Of a stretch of 22,292 bases of DNA, positions 8,462 to 16,735 are shown one piece after another. The DNA comes from Candidatus Hermodarchaeota archaeon. GTDB lineage: Archaea; Asgardarchaeota; Hermodarchaeia; Hermodarchaeales; Hermodarchaeaceae. How positions within the stretch are numbered: the first letter of the stretch is position 1; every line of letters starts with the position of its first letter. The stretch covers positions 1 to 22,292 of the forward strand of contig JAEOTO010000014.1 in NCBI GenBank assembly GCA_016839805.1, read 5' to 3'. The notes beneath the pieces are model-generated. The model was not told the DNA's origin, made no database searches, and saw only the letters and a program-made list of their open reading frames with translations. A program made the translations under genes and the position numbers.

Positions 8462-9199
8462 ATGTCATCGAATTCTGAATACGCCCAGGGATTAGTACTA
8501 ATTAATGGACGTGCGTATCACGCAAAAGAAGTCCTACAAGCCCTTGAACGACAAGCCATGACCAACCTACGAATTGTAGGCAGCGAATTATGGGTTGGTA
8601 AAGAACGAGTCCGACCCCTTCCCAAAACAACGCCGGAACAAGCCATGAAACTAACCTGTTACGGTAGTCTAGCTTACTGCTGTGATTTGAACCGGGAATG
8701 CCATCTTCGTGATCAAACTCTCAAATTACTTGGAATATCAAAAGAAGAATACCAGGCCATTCAAACTGAATGCCATCAACAGTTCATTCGACAGTCTGAA
8801 CGGCGTTGGCCCAACGAGCAGTCACAGTCCTCTTCATACTCAGGAGGTAGATCACCAGATCCTTGGCGTGACCTTGAATCAGCTGAGAGTTTCGCACAAG
8901 GTCGAAGTTACTCGCAATCAGCAAAACCAAGTTCGAGTAGTTCCGTCGATTTAGGTGGACTTTTTAGCACTCCAAAGGAATATCAGTCACGCTCATTTTT
9001 TGACTCGGATCCTACGCCAAGTTTCTCATCACGATTAGCTCACGAATCTAGTAGCCCTTCATCTGATGGTTGGACCGCGTCTAGCTCTCCAACAATGAGC
9101 GCCTCACATTCACCCACACACGGTTTTTGTATTTACTGTGGACAGGACCTTCGAGAAGACAGCGACTTCTGCAGTAGATGTGGAAGAAGCCAAAAATAA
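8462..9199 (+). CDS. Hypothetical protein: Cys-rich domain resembling methanogenesis marker domain 9, Ser-rich linker, C-terminal zinc ribbon
   Basis: TCYGSLAYCC....C..RD..L..LGIS.EEY; long S/P-rich low-complexity segment; CIYCG...DFCSRCG. Confidence 0.7.
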   Translation: MSSNSEYAQGLVLINGRAYHAKEVLQALERQAMTNLRIVGSELWVGKERVRPLPKTTPEQAMKLTCYGSLAYCCDLNRECHLRDQTLKLLGISKEEYQAIQTECHQQFIRQSERRWPNEQSQSSSYSGGRSPDPWRDLESAESFAQGRSYSQSAKPSSSSSVDLGGLFSTPKEYQSRSFFDSDPTPSFSSRLAHESSSPSSDGWTASSSPTMSASHSPTHGFCIYCGQDLREDSDFCSRCGRSQK

Positions 9200-9255
9200 C
9201 AGAGAAATACCCTACTCACACATTAGCTAACTAAATGCTCAAAGCCGAAAAATGT

Positions 9256-9888
9256 CTAGCCCTTCTTCGCTAGTTTTCGTAGCGTGTCAATTTGTTTTTT
9301 GAGTTTTTTAAGATCCTGCTTCCATCGTTCAATTTTTTCTTGGTCGGCCTCGGTTTTATTCCCAGTTGTTGCCTGGAAATCATCTATTCGGCGTTCGAGC
9401 TCCAAGGCTCTACTACTAAGTCCCGCAATTCTAGCGTGAACCTCTGGCGTAGGTGAAATGATCTCGAGAAGGGTTTTAACGGTTACACGAATTTCTTCGA
9501 CGACCGTAGCAAATTGAGTGATGGTTTGGCGAATAGAGGATAAACTTTCACTTACTAGGGTCCCAGATTCTTCAGTAGGCCCTTTATGTCGAATCAGAAA
9601 AAGACGAACTTTGGAAAGAATATCAAAGTAGAGTTGGACTAATTCTTCTTCATCACGGAACCATGCTGAAAGAGGGTTCCATTTTGACACCATCTCATAG
9701 AGTCGTTCAAGATCTTGTCCTACTTCTTGAGCTTCTGGCGTCTCTTGAGCAAGGATAATGGCTTTTAGTTGGGGAATTAAGGAGATTATTTCAGCTTTGG
9801 CCTTGACTTCTTCTTGTGTAGCGATATCTGAACCCATGAGTCGTCGGTAGAGTTCTTCAAGCCGTTGAATGTTTTCGGTTTCATTCAC
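9256..9888 (-). CDS. Hypothetical alpha-helical/coiled-coil protein
   Basis: 210 aa, rich in E/L/K/Q with heptad-like periodicity in the C-terminal half; no recognisable motif. Confidence 0.7.
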   Translation of the reverse strand: MNETENIQRLEELYRRLMGSDIATQEEVKAKAEIISLIPQLKAIILAQETPEAQEVGQDLERLYEMVSKWNPLSAWFRDEEELVQLYFDILSKVRLFLIRHKGPTEESGTLVSESLSSIRQTITQFATVVEEIRVTVKTLLEIISPTPEVHARIAGLSSRALELERRIDDFQATTGNKTEADQEKIERWKQDLKKLKKQIDTLRKLAKKG

Positions 9889-9949
9889 GTCTATACCAAA
9901 TCCCCAACATCGGTATGATTTTTGATTGCATGGTTTACGAAGCGAGAAT

Positions 9950-10969
9950 TTAACGACCCAGACCTAGACGAATTTCACGTATGGTTTGATAATTGACTGG
10001 ATAGCCTAACATTGAATAGATGTGTTCGATTCCTGTGGCATCGGCAAGAGCCTTAGCGCGATTGTATTCCGCTTCATCTTCAAGAATCCAATGAGTCATC
10101 GCGAAATCTACCCCCGTTTTCTTGAGCCCATCGACGAAAGTTATATTCTCGATGAAATTGGAGAAATCGTTAGTTCCCGGATCAGGGAGAATAGGGGTCC
10201 ATGGGAATATTTCGATAGCTAGATTCTTGCTCATTTGTGCAAGAGCTTCAAGATCTAAGCCTAAATTCGTTCTAGTCCCGGTAACATAGCCACTCTCTGA
10301 ATCGATAGGATAAGATAGAAACACCGTTAGATCGGGTTTGACTTCTTTAGCAGCGTTAACCAGTTGTTGAATGATATTCGTCATTTTTCCAACACGCCAT
10401 TCAATCCATTGATTGTACAAGGCGGGATTAGCTGAAGGGTCAGCAATTTGAAAGGTATGCCGAAGGTCCGCGTACTTCGTGAATTCTTCACGGCAATCAT
10501 TACAGTAACAATAACTGGCATGAGGATAACCAAGATTGGCAAGAAATAGGGTCTGGATGGGTGTTTCAGCAACTTCTTTGACAACGGTAATTATGTGCTG
10601 AATAAAACCAGGTTTATTCGGGCACACAAGGACACCTAACGATTGACCATCAGTTGTGTATGTTTTAAATTCTTGATCAGCCGCAAAGAATGCGTCTGCA
10701 AATACGTTGATATATGCACCAGAGCGAATTCCAACCGCCTCGGTTGTATCAAGAGCTTCGCTGAAAAAGGTTGGATATTCTTCATTAGCAGGCGCTACTT
10801 TACTAGAATAAAAGACGCGTCCTGAGGGATCTTTGGCTACAGCAACAACATATTCCAGATATCCGCCATAACTGGCGAAGAAATCATCTAAACTGGTTTT
10901 CAAGCCACGAGGATCCACAATGAGAGTGACTCCCCGCGTAAGCAGGTCCCGGATCTCCACAATTTCCAC
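9950..10969 (-). CDS. Glycoside-hydrolase-like TIM-barrel protein (GHL10/GH42-like) with CxCxxC motif
   Basis: VCPNKP, YP...YCYCNDCREEF, WIEWR...T..I......K..KP and G.DLE.L motifs as seen in GHL-type barrels. Confidence 0.6.
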   Translation of the reverse strand: MEIVEIRDLLTRGVTLIVDPRGLKTSLDDFFASYGGYLEYVVAVAKDPSGRVFYSSKVAPANEEYPTFFSEALDTTEAVGIRSGAYINVFADAFFAADQEFKTYTTDGQSLGVLVCPNKPGFIQHIITVVKEVAETPIQTLFLANLGYPHASYCYCNDCREEFTKYADLRHTFQIADPSANPALYNQWIEWRVGKMTNIIQQLVNAAKEVKPDLTVFLSYPIDSESGYVTGTRTNLGLDLEALAQMSKNLAIEIFPWTPILPDPGTNDFSNFIENITFVDGLKKTGVDFAMTHWILEDEAEYNRAKALADATGIEHIYSMLGYPVNYQTIREIRLGLGR

Positions 10970-11114
10970 CTACTAGAGTAACTACCCAACACATTAGATA
11001 AAAGGCTCAATAAACGTTGCTATGGCACATTTTGGTGTTTCTAATCGTTAAGTGAAAATAATAACGTCGTCATGCTGATTAAATTTGAAGAACCGTCTAT
11101 TCATCGTCAGATAA

Positions 11115-14100
11115 CTAGCCAAAAAAGGTGTCTAGTCTACGCATTCCAATGGTGTCTAACCATTCAATGCCCAAGGCGTCTAATACTTGCTCAAATGTGC
11201 TTTTCACGAGATCCTTGTATTTTGCGATATCGATATCCTGTACCGTAGCCTGCTCAACGGGTTTTACCCCTCCAGTCGTTTTTACGAAGGCTATGATGTC
11301 GCCTGCGGTTACTTCGCGTCCAGCCTGCTGCAATTGTCGTGCAGCCTTCACGTGTTGAGGAGTAGTTTTAACATAGGCTTCGGGACTCTTCGTTAATTGC
11401 ACACGAATCGCCAACTCTTCTACTTTGAATTCACGACGTTCTAACATGGTTAACTTTTCGCGGGCAAGTTTGAGGATTTGTTCTTTCGCTGAAGAAAAGC
11501 CGTCAGCGTCACGGACTTGCCGGAGAATATCTATCATTTGCATGAAGGCCTCTTGGAGGAAGGCCGGTGTATTGCGTTTTTTCCCAGTGAGTCCCTTAAT
11601 ATCGACTTGATCAGCCTTAGAGACACCAAGATAATTCTTTTTACGACTAGAAAGGGCGACATAACGATATTCCTTCTCCACATCCAATTCGACTCGCAGT
11701 TCCTTCTCACTGTATTCAATTAATTGCTGCAATTGATCTTCCGTTGGATTCTCGAGAAACAAGCTATCAGTATCCCCATACAACACCGTCACGCCAATTT
11801 CTTCCGCTTTTTCAATCGTCTTCGTAATAGCATAACGACCCAAAGCCGTAATACTGTTTCCTGACCAGCACGCCTTGCCATTTCGTCGAACATAAAGCAG
11901 GTGATTAGGGACTTCCACACAGTAAACTTTTCCTTCATAATCAATCCATGACCGGTGATCTTTTACCTTATTCTGCATTGGTTCTAACATCTGATATGAA
12001 ACATAAATTTTGTAGAAATCTTGTGTATTTGATATCGTTGATGCATAGCCCATTTTTAATACAAGTTCTTGAAAACCATCAGCCAAATCCTTAGAAGAAG
12101 TACCATAGCTTCTTCCCCTCCAGCCATCACCTAGCATCATTGATTCAAATAGGATCCTTAATTGTCTTGAAGATAAGTTCAATAGGTCTCTTGGAATATA
12201 CTTGTCATGACTCTTCTGAAATTGCTTAAGATAAGAAAAAAGTTGTTTACTATGACATGTGAGATTCACTCCATAATCCTTAAACTCAAATGGTAGTTTT
12301 TTCAACCATCTCTTGATCTTCTCTCTTTTTTCTAAATCTGATTGAGTGATTATTACTTTGTATTTTCCTGATGTACATCCCTCGGCGAGCCATATCCCAA
12401 AGAATCGTAACCAATCATCCATCGGAATTCTCTTTTCTTGCTCAACATAACTTTTGAAGTGGTGTTCACTTTCAACGATTCTTCCTTTTTTATCTCTTGT
12501 TTTAATAGTAGTATCCACAAGTTTCTTCTTCATTATTGAAGGTAAAACGAACCACTCTTTTTCTTCACCATCCCACCCGGCGTTTCTTTTATATTTTACA
12601 TACTTGGGCATTTCAATAGGGGTTCTAAAGCCCCACCTTATTACCTGTTTATAGTTTTGTTTTCCCCGCCATCCCACGAACATATTATGATTTGGTGTTA
12701 CAAATAAATCGATATTACTACTAACCTGGGAAAACATCGGCCCAGAATATCGCTCTTCAATGTATTTTCTTGGTAACTCGTATTCTATTTTGCCATTCGA
12801 ACTTAATGTGGCAACTTTTTCACCAGGCCTTAAATCCTTAAACAATTTCCAACCGTTTTCTGTCAAAACTTCAGTGTCTTCAGAATAACACTCTGCGGCA
12901 GGAGCGCAATATAAGGGGAAGTGAGAAGCCCCAAGAACGCCGTAGCTGTTATGTGTTACAATTCCATTTGTGGTCACAAACCACCCATTTCCGGTTTCGA
13001 TATCGAATACAGGTTGGGGATGTGGTTCAATCTCGATGGACTTAACTCGAATAAGATTAGTTCCATTGAAGTCCATTATCCCCCGATATTTTCGTGCATA
13101 ATTCTTACCCGAAGTTTCTACGACACGAGTAATGTCAGCATCTTTATGCAGAGATGAATATTTTCCAAGTGCACTTAAGATAAAAATTAGATCTTTAGAT
13201 AATTGTAGACTTGCAGTGCTGTAACGACGCCGTCCTCGGAAATTGTAGTTCCCATCACCTTTAAAGTAGGTTTGGAGTAAAGCTGTAGCCCTTTCCTTAT
13301 TCAAAAGGGAGATTGGTATTCTTTTATTATTTGCATGAGTTCCACATAAAGTGCCAATGACAGAAGAAAGAATATTGGAATGGACAGTTATTGTCTTATC
13401 ACCATAGAAGACGACAGGCCAGTTTAACTCTCGTAGAAGTTTGAGAATTTCATGAACGTGTTGGGGTTTTTTCTCAAGCGATTGCGTAATAGTAAATCTG
13501 TTTTGTTGACCATGGCCTTCGGCAATATACCAACCTAATAGTTGAAAGAATTCCCTCGAAAGAGGAATTGAAATTGCCTGCCAAAAACCGCTGTAATGAG
13601 AGCTTTTACTTATTTTCACTTCAAAGAACCCAGGCGAAGCTATTCTGATAATATCTTTTTCTTTTTTTGAAAGATCGGCCCAATATGCTTTGTAGAGCTT
13701 TCGGCTTTTGCTGTAGCTGAATTTCTTGTTGATAATTTGAATTAGTTTATTATCAGTGGATTGATTTCTTCTATAGGAGAACCGTTTGTAGATGCTTCGA
13801 TGCATTCCGATTAGAAGATCGGTTGAATCAATGAGATCTGGAATAAATATTCGGCTAGGAGGTGAATCAGAAAGGGGCATTTGTCCACAGAGTAATAGTT
13901 CATCTCCTACTTTGAGTTCGCCCGCAGGAATTTCTAGTATCTGGAATTCCCTACCATATCTTCTTCCTGTTAGTGTTGAATAAATTGGTACAATGTGGTT
14001 AGAAGTACATCGTAACAATCTTCCATCATAAAGCGTTATTTTTAGAATCTTTGCTGTTCCAGTTTCAGCAAATCCTTTTATTGGCACAAAAATTGGCGTA

Positions 14101-16112
14101 CCGAAATGTCCATTATTCAAGTTTGAATTTATCGAGAGGATCTCATAATCTGCCCAAATATCTTTTAGAGAACCGACTGTGCGTTTTTCTATTTGTCCTG
14201 TGGGGGTTCGAATGATGACTTCTGCATCAAAGGGTAAACATGCATTGAGGAATACTTTGAGGGCTTGTTCGACAACGCTGAACCAGCTACGCTGTGAGGG
14301 GGAGAGGGTTTTATCTGTCGCACGGGGTTTGAAATGCTCGACCCGGACATCTCGGATCAACCCAATAATCTGGCTGGTAAGTCCTTCGCGACGTGTACAT
14401 ACCCAGTGGGGTGTTCCAGGAACGGTGTTGTCTTTACATTCAGGATGGTCACACCGTACGGTTTCGTAGCTCAGGTTGTAAGCTTTCATGATGCTAGGAT
14501 AAAGACTGGCGAAGTCAACAACAGTTACACCGAAGTGAACTCCCTCTTTGGGTTCGACGACGATGGCACCCAGGTATTTTTTACCTTTAATGATGGCTTC
14601 TGTGACGGCTTCGCCTTTGAAGGCGGCGATTTCGTCTTGGCGTGGAATTAGGAAGTTACGTTGTCGGTGGGCATAGTAGAGGAGGCTGCGAATCCAGTTG
14701 GATACTGCGGTTCGGGTGAGATCATGCATGCCTTGGTGTGAAAGGCGCATGAGGAGGAGAATTAAATTCATAACTAGGTCATTGTCAAATTGGGTAAGTC
14801 GCATGGTGAGGCTGGCATCTTGCCAGTTATACTCGGCAAGCAGACTCGTTGGAATTGTATTTATCGATTCAGTTAACTGGATTTTTCCTTCACCGAGTAA
14901 CGCTTGGCTGAGGTTTTCAAGTCGGACTTCGCGATATCGATTTTTGAATGCATAGATTTGGATGGATCGATTGTGGAAGAATCGGTATAAGTCGATATGC
15001 ACCCCATACTCAAGTTCAGCTTCAGGATTTCCTCGGAATCCCCCGCGCATTCGAATAGGATTATTTGAAGGAGGAATTCCGAGTTTCTTTGAACGGTTGA
15101 CAAGATACCGGAGATCAAAGTTATCCCCGTTAAAAGTAAGTAACAGTGGGGTTCGCCAGAGTATACGAAATACAGTTTCTAAGAGCTTAGATTCGTCATC
15201 AAAGAGCTCGATTTGAACCGTATCAGGAAGGTTTGGTGTACCCAACTCCTTACGCTCACGCCGGAGGATAAAGACACGTCCAGTGCCTGTATCATCAACC
15301 AACGAGATAGAAATTACTGGCTGAGGGGCTTCCTCTGGATCAGGTATCCGATCAATGAACTCCGATTCAACCTCGATGTCAAGGGCAAGTCTGGGAAATT
15401 TTGGTGCTTGGGTGAGGAAGAGCGGAAGATATTCATCAATCAGTTTTGTTAACTCCGCTTCTTCTTTGAACAGATTCCGAATTTTCGTAGCGTCCTCAGC
15501 TGAGAACTCTTGCGGAACTGGGATGAGTGCACCCTCTTGAACTCGGTAGAATAGTCCAGGGGTAAGGGCTCGATCCATTGTGTAACATTGAGTGTATCGA
15601 ATATCTGCTTCCCAACTGTGATCACGACCTAACTTTTCCCGAATCGATTCCGGTCGACCGCCAATTGCCAGAGGATCCTTGGCCACAATTACGGTGTATT
15701 GTTGCTCTTTATCCAAAAGGAGGTTAAACTTCGAAAGTTCTTCAAGCTTGAGAAACCCTGAATGGCCAATGACCTCTTTGCGTTGACCGAGTTCTTCACG
15801 GGTTAAATCTGTTAGACAGTAGGGGTGGTGCTCCGTTGTATCATTCCATTCGTAAATCTCTCCTCTCTCGACATCGTAGAGTTTTGTTTTCGCAACCCTT
15901 GCATCTCCCTGATAATCAATGTTCACTAGGACACCTGGTGGACCGGAGGGGGCCGTTTTTGGGTAGTCAGCGGGATGAATTGGCTGATCTTGTATTTGGT
16001 TAAGGAGTTGAGTTAACAATGACAAGTGTTGTTTCTTTTTCAAACTAGCTTTAGCCGGAGAACGGGATTTACTTTGAGAGGAGTCTGTCCATGAGGAGAG
16101 ATCACGTGGCAC
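11115..16112 (-). CDS. polB1: Family B DNA polymerase (PolB1 type) precursor with two inteins; predicted mature length 889 aa
   Basis: ExoI DIEV, ExoII FNGDNFD, ExoIII YNWQDA; motif A DFASLYPS; motif B QALKVFLNA/SYG; motif C YGDTDS; KKNY; GLTGKKRNTP (PolB1-like); C-terminal PIP-like RRLDTFF. 1665-431-345 = 889 aa. Confidence 0.96.
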   Translation of the reverse strand: MPRDLSSWTDSSQSKSRSPAKASLKKKQHLSLLTQLLNQIQDQPIHPADYPKTAPSGPPGVLVNIDYQGDARVAKTKLYDVERGEIYEWNDTTEHHPYCLTDLTREELGQRKEVIGHSGFLKLEELSKFNLLLDKEQQYTVIVAKDPLAIGGRPESIREKLGRDHSWEADIRYTQCYTMDRALTPGLFYRVQEGALIPVPQEFSAEDATKIRNLFKEEAELTKLIDEYLPLFLTQAPKFPRLALDIEVESEFIDRIPDPEEAPQPVISISLVDDTGTGRVFILRRERKELGTPNLPDTVQIELFDDESKLLETVFRILWRTPLLLTFNGDNFDLRYLVNRSKKLGIPPSNNPIRMRGGFRGNPEAELEYGVHIDLYRFFHNRSIQIYAFKNRYREVRLENLSQALLGEGKIQLTESINTIPTSLLAEYNWQDASLTMRLTQFDNDLVMNLILLLMRLSHQGMHDLTRTAVSNWIRSLLYYAHRQRNFLIPRQDEIAAFKGEAVTEAIIKGKKYLGAIVVEPKEGVHFGVTVVDFASLYPSIMKAYNLSYETVRCDHPECKDNTVPGTPHWVCTRREGLTSQIIGLIRDVRVEHFKPRATDKTLSPSQRSWFSVVEQALKVFLNACLPFDAEVIIRTPTGQIEKRTVGSLKDIWADYEILSINSNLNNGHFGTPIFVPIKGFAETGTAKILKITLYDGRLLRCTSNHIVPIYSTLTGRRYGREFQILEIPAGELKVGDELLLCGQMPLSDSPPSRIFIPDLIDSTDLLIGMHRSIYKRFSYRRNQSTDNKLIQIINKKFSYSKSRKLYKAYWADLSKKEKDIIRIASPGFFEVKISKSSHYSGFWQAISIPLSREFFQLLGWYIAEGHGQQNRFTITQSLEKKPQHVHEILKLLRELNWPVVFYGDKTITVHSNILSSVIGTLCGTHANNKRIPISLLNKERATALLQTYFKGDGNYNFRGRRRYSTASLQLSKDLIFILSALGKYSSLHKDADITRVVETSGKNYARKYRGIMDFNGTNLIRVKSIEIEPHPQPVFDIETGNGWFVTTNGIVTHNSYGVLGASHFPLYCAPAAECYSEDTEVLTENGWKLFKDLRPGEKVATLSSNGKIEYELPRKYIEERYSGPMFSQVSSNIDLFVTPNHNMFVGWRGKQNYKQVIRWGFRTPIEMPKYVKYKRNAGWDGEEKEWFVLPSIMKKKLVDTTIKTRDKKGRIVESEHHFKSYVEQEKRIPMDDWLRFFGIWLAEGCTSGKYKVIITQSDLEKREKIKRWLKKLPFEFKDYGVNLTCHSKQLFSYLKQFQKSHDKYIPRDLLNLSSRQLRILFESMMLGDGWRGRSYGTSSKDLADGFQELVLKMGYASTISNTQDFYKIYVSYQMLEPMQNKVKDHRSWIDYEGKVYCVEVPNHLLYVRRNGKACWSGNSITALGRYAITKTIEKAEEIGVTVLYGDTDSLFLENPTEDQLQQLIEYSEKELRVELDVEKEYRYVALSSRKKNYLGVSKADQVDIKGLTGKKRNTPAFLQEAFMQMIDILRQVRDADGFSSAKEQILKLAREKLTMLERREFKVEELAIRVQLTKSPEAYVKTTPQHVKAARQLQQAGREVTAGDIIAFVKTTGGVKPVEQATVQDIDIAKYKDLVKSTFEQVLDALGIEWLDTIGMRRLDTFFG
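11856..12890 (-). mobile_element. Intein 2 in PolB1 (345 aa) with LAGLIDADG homing endonuclease
   Basis: Starts CYSEDTEVLTENGWK after CAPAAE; block B VTPNH; FFGIWLAEG and MMLGDG; ends VYCVEVPNH...WSGN followed by +1 Ser. Confidence 0.95.
12948..14240 (-). mobile_element. Intein 1 in PolB1 (431 aa) with LAGLIDADG homing endonuclease
   Basis: Starts CLPFDAEV after KVFLNA; block B LRCTSNH; LAGLIDADG-like LLGWYIAEG and YFKGDG; block F/G VFDIET...GIVTHN followed by +1 Ser. Confidence 0.95.
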
Positions 16113-16201
16113 GCAGTATCGCTTCCGAACCGAATAAGGACCATCCCACTTTTTAGGGTTTAGCCCACTGATAGAACAGTCACTTAATAGGGGAATTCAC
16201 G

Positions 16202-16648
16202 ATGGGTTCCTGTTCGTTACCACTTAAAGAGATTGTTGTAGCAAGGTTTGAAGCTGGTGAAGATCTTCTTCTAAGCATCAAACAAGTCGTCGCTGATTAT
16301 GATGTTAAGGCGGGGATGTTCACGGTTATAGGAGCAGTTGATAAAGCACATTATGGATTCTATATCCCAAAGGAGAAAGCGTACACCACACATGTGTGGG
16401 AACCAAGCAGGCAGTCTTCTCCAGCCCTTGAAATTCTCAATTGCACAGGAAACGTAGCAATCTTGGACAATGAACCAATCGTTCATGCTCATATCATACT
16501 CTCAGGTGTGAAAGGTGAAATGCTGGGCGGTCATTTAATGGAAGGGTGTCGAGTGAATCCCACAGGGGAACTAACCTTAATCAAGGCAGAAGGAGTTTTA
16601 CAGCGAAAACATAATGATGCCTTTAATTTAGCGTTACTTTCGATTTGA
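16202..16648 (+). CDS. PPC/DUF296 domain protein
   Basis: RFEAGEDLL..I, IGAV, LEIL...GN, HAH and GGHL motifs. Confidence 0.92.
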   Translation: MGSCSLPLKEIVVARFEAGEDLLLSIKQVVADYDVKAGMFTVIGAVDKAHYGFYIPKEKAYTTHVWEPSRQSSPALEILNCTGNVAILDNEPIVHAHIILSGVKGEMLGGHLMEGCRVNPTGELTLIKAEGVLQRKHNDAFNLALLSI

Positions 16649-16735
16649 CCATAGTTTAATGCATCAGAAAAAGGCTTCACGAAAGACATTAAATCAACGT
16701 ACAAGTATCTAGTGGTAAGCGAGGTGTGATGGAAC

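Noticed and set aside
11128-15540. Numerous short ORFs antisense to or overlapping polB1
   Set aside because: They are shadow ORFs of a well-supported gene with no recognisable motifs.
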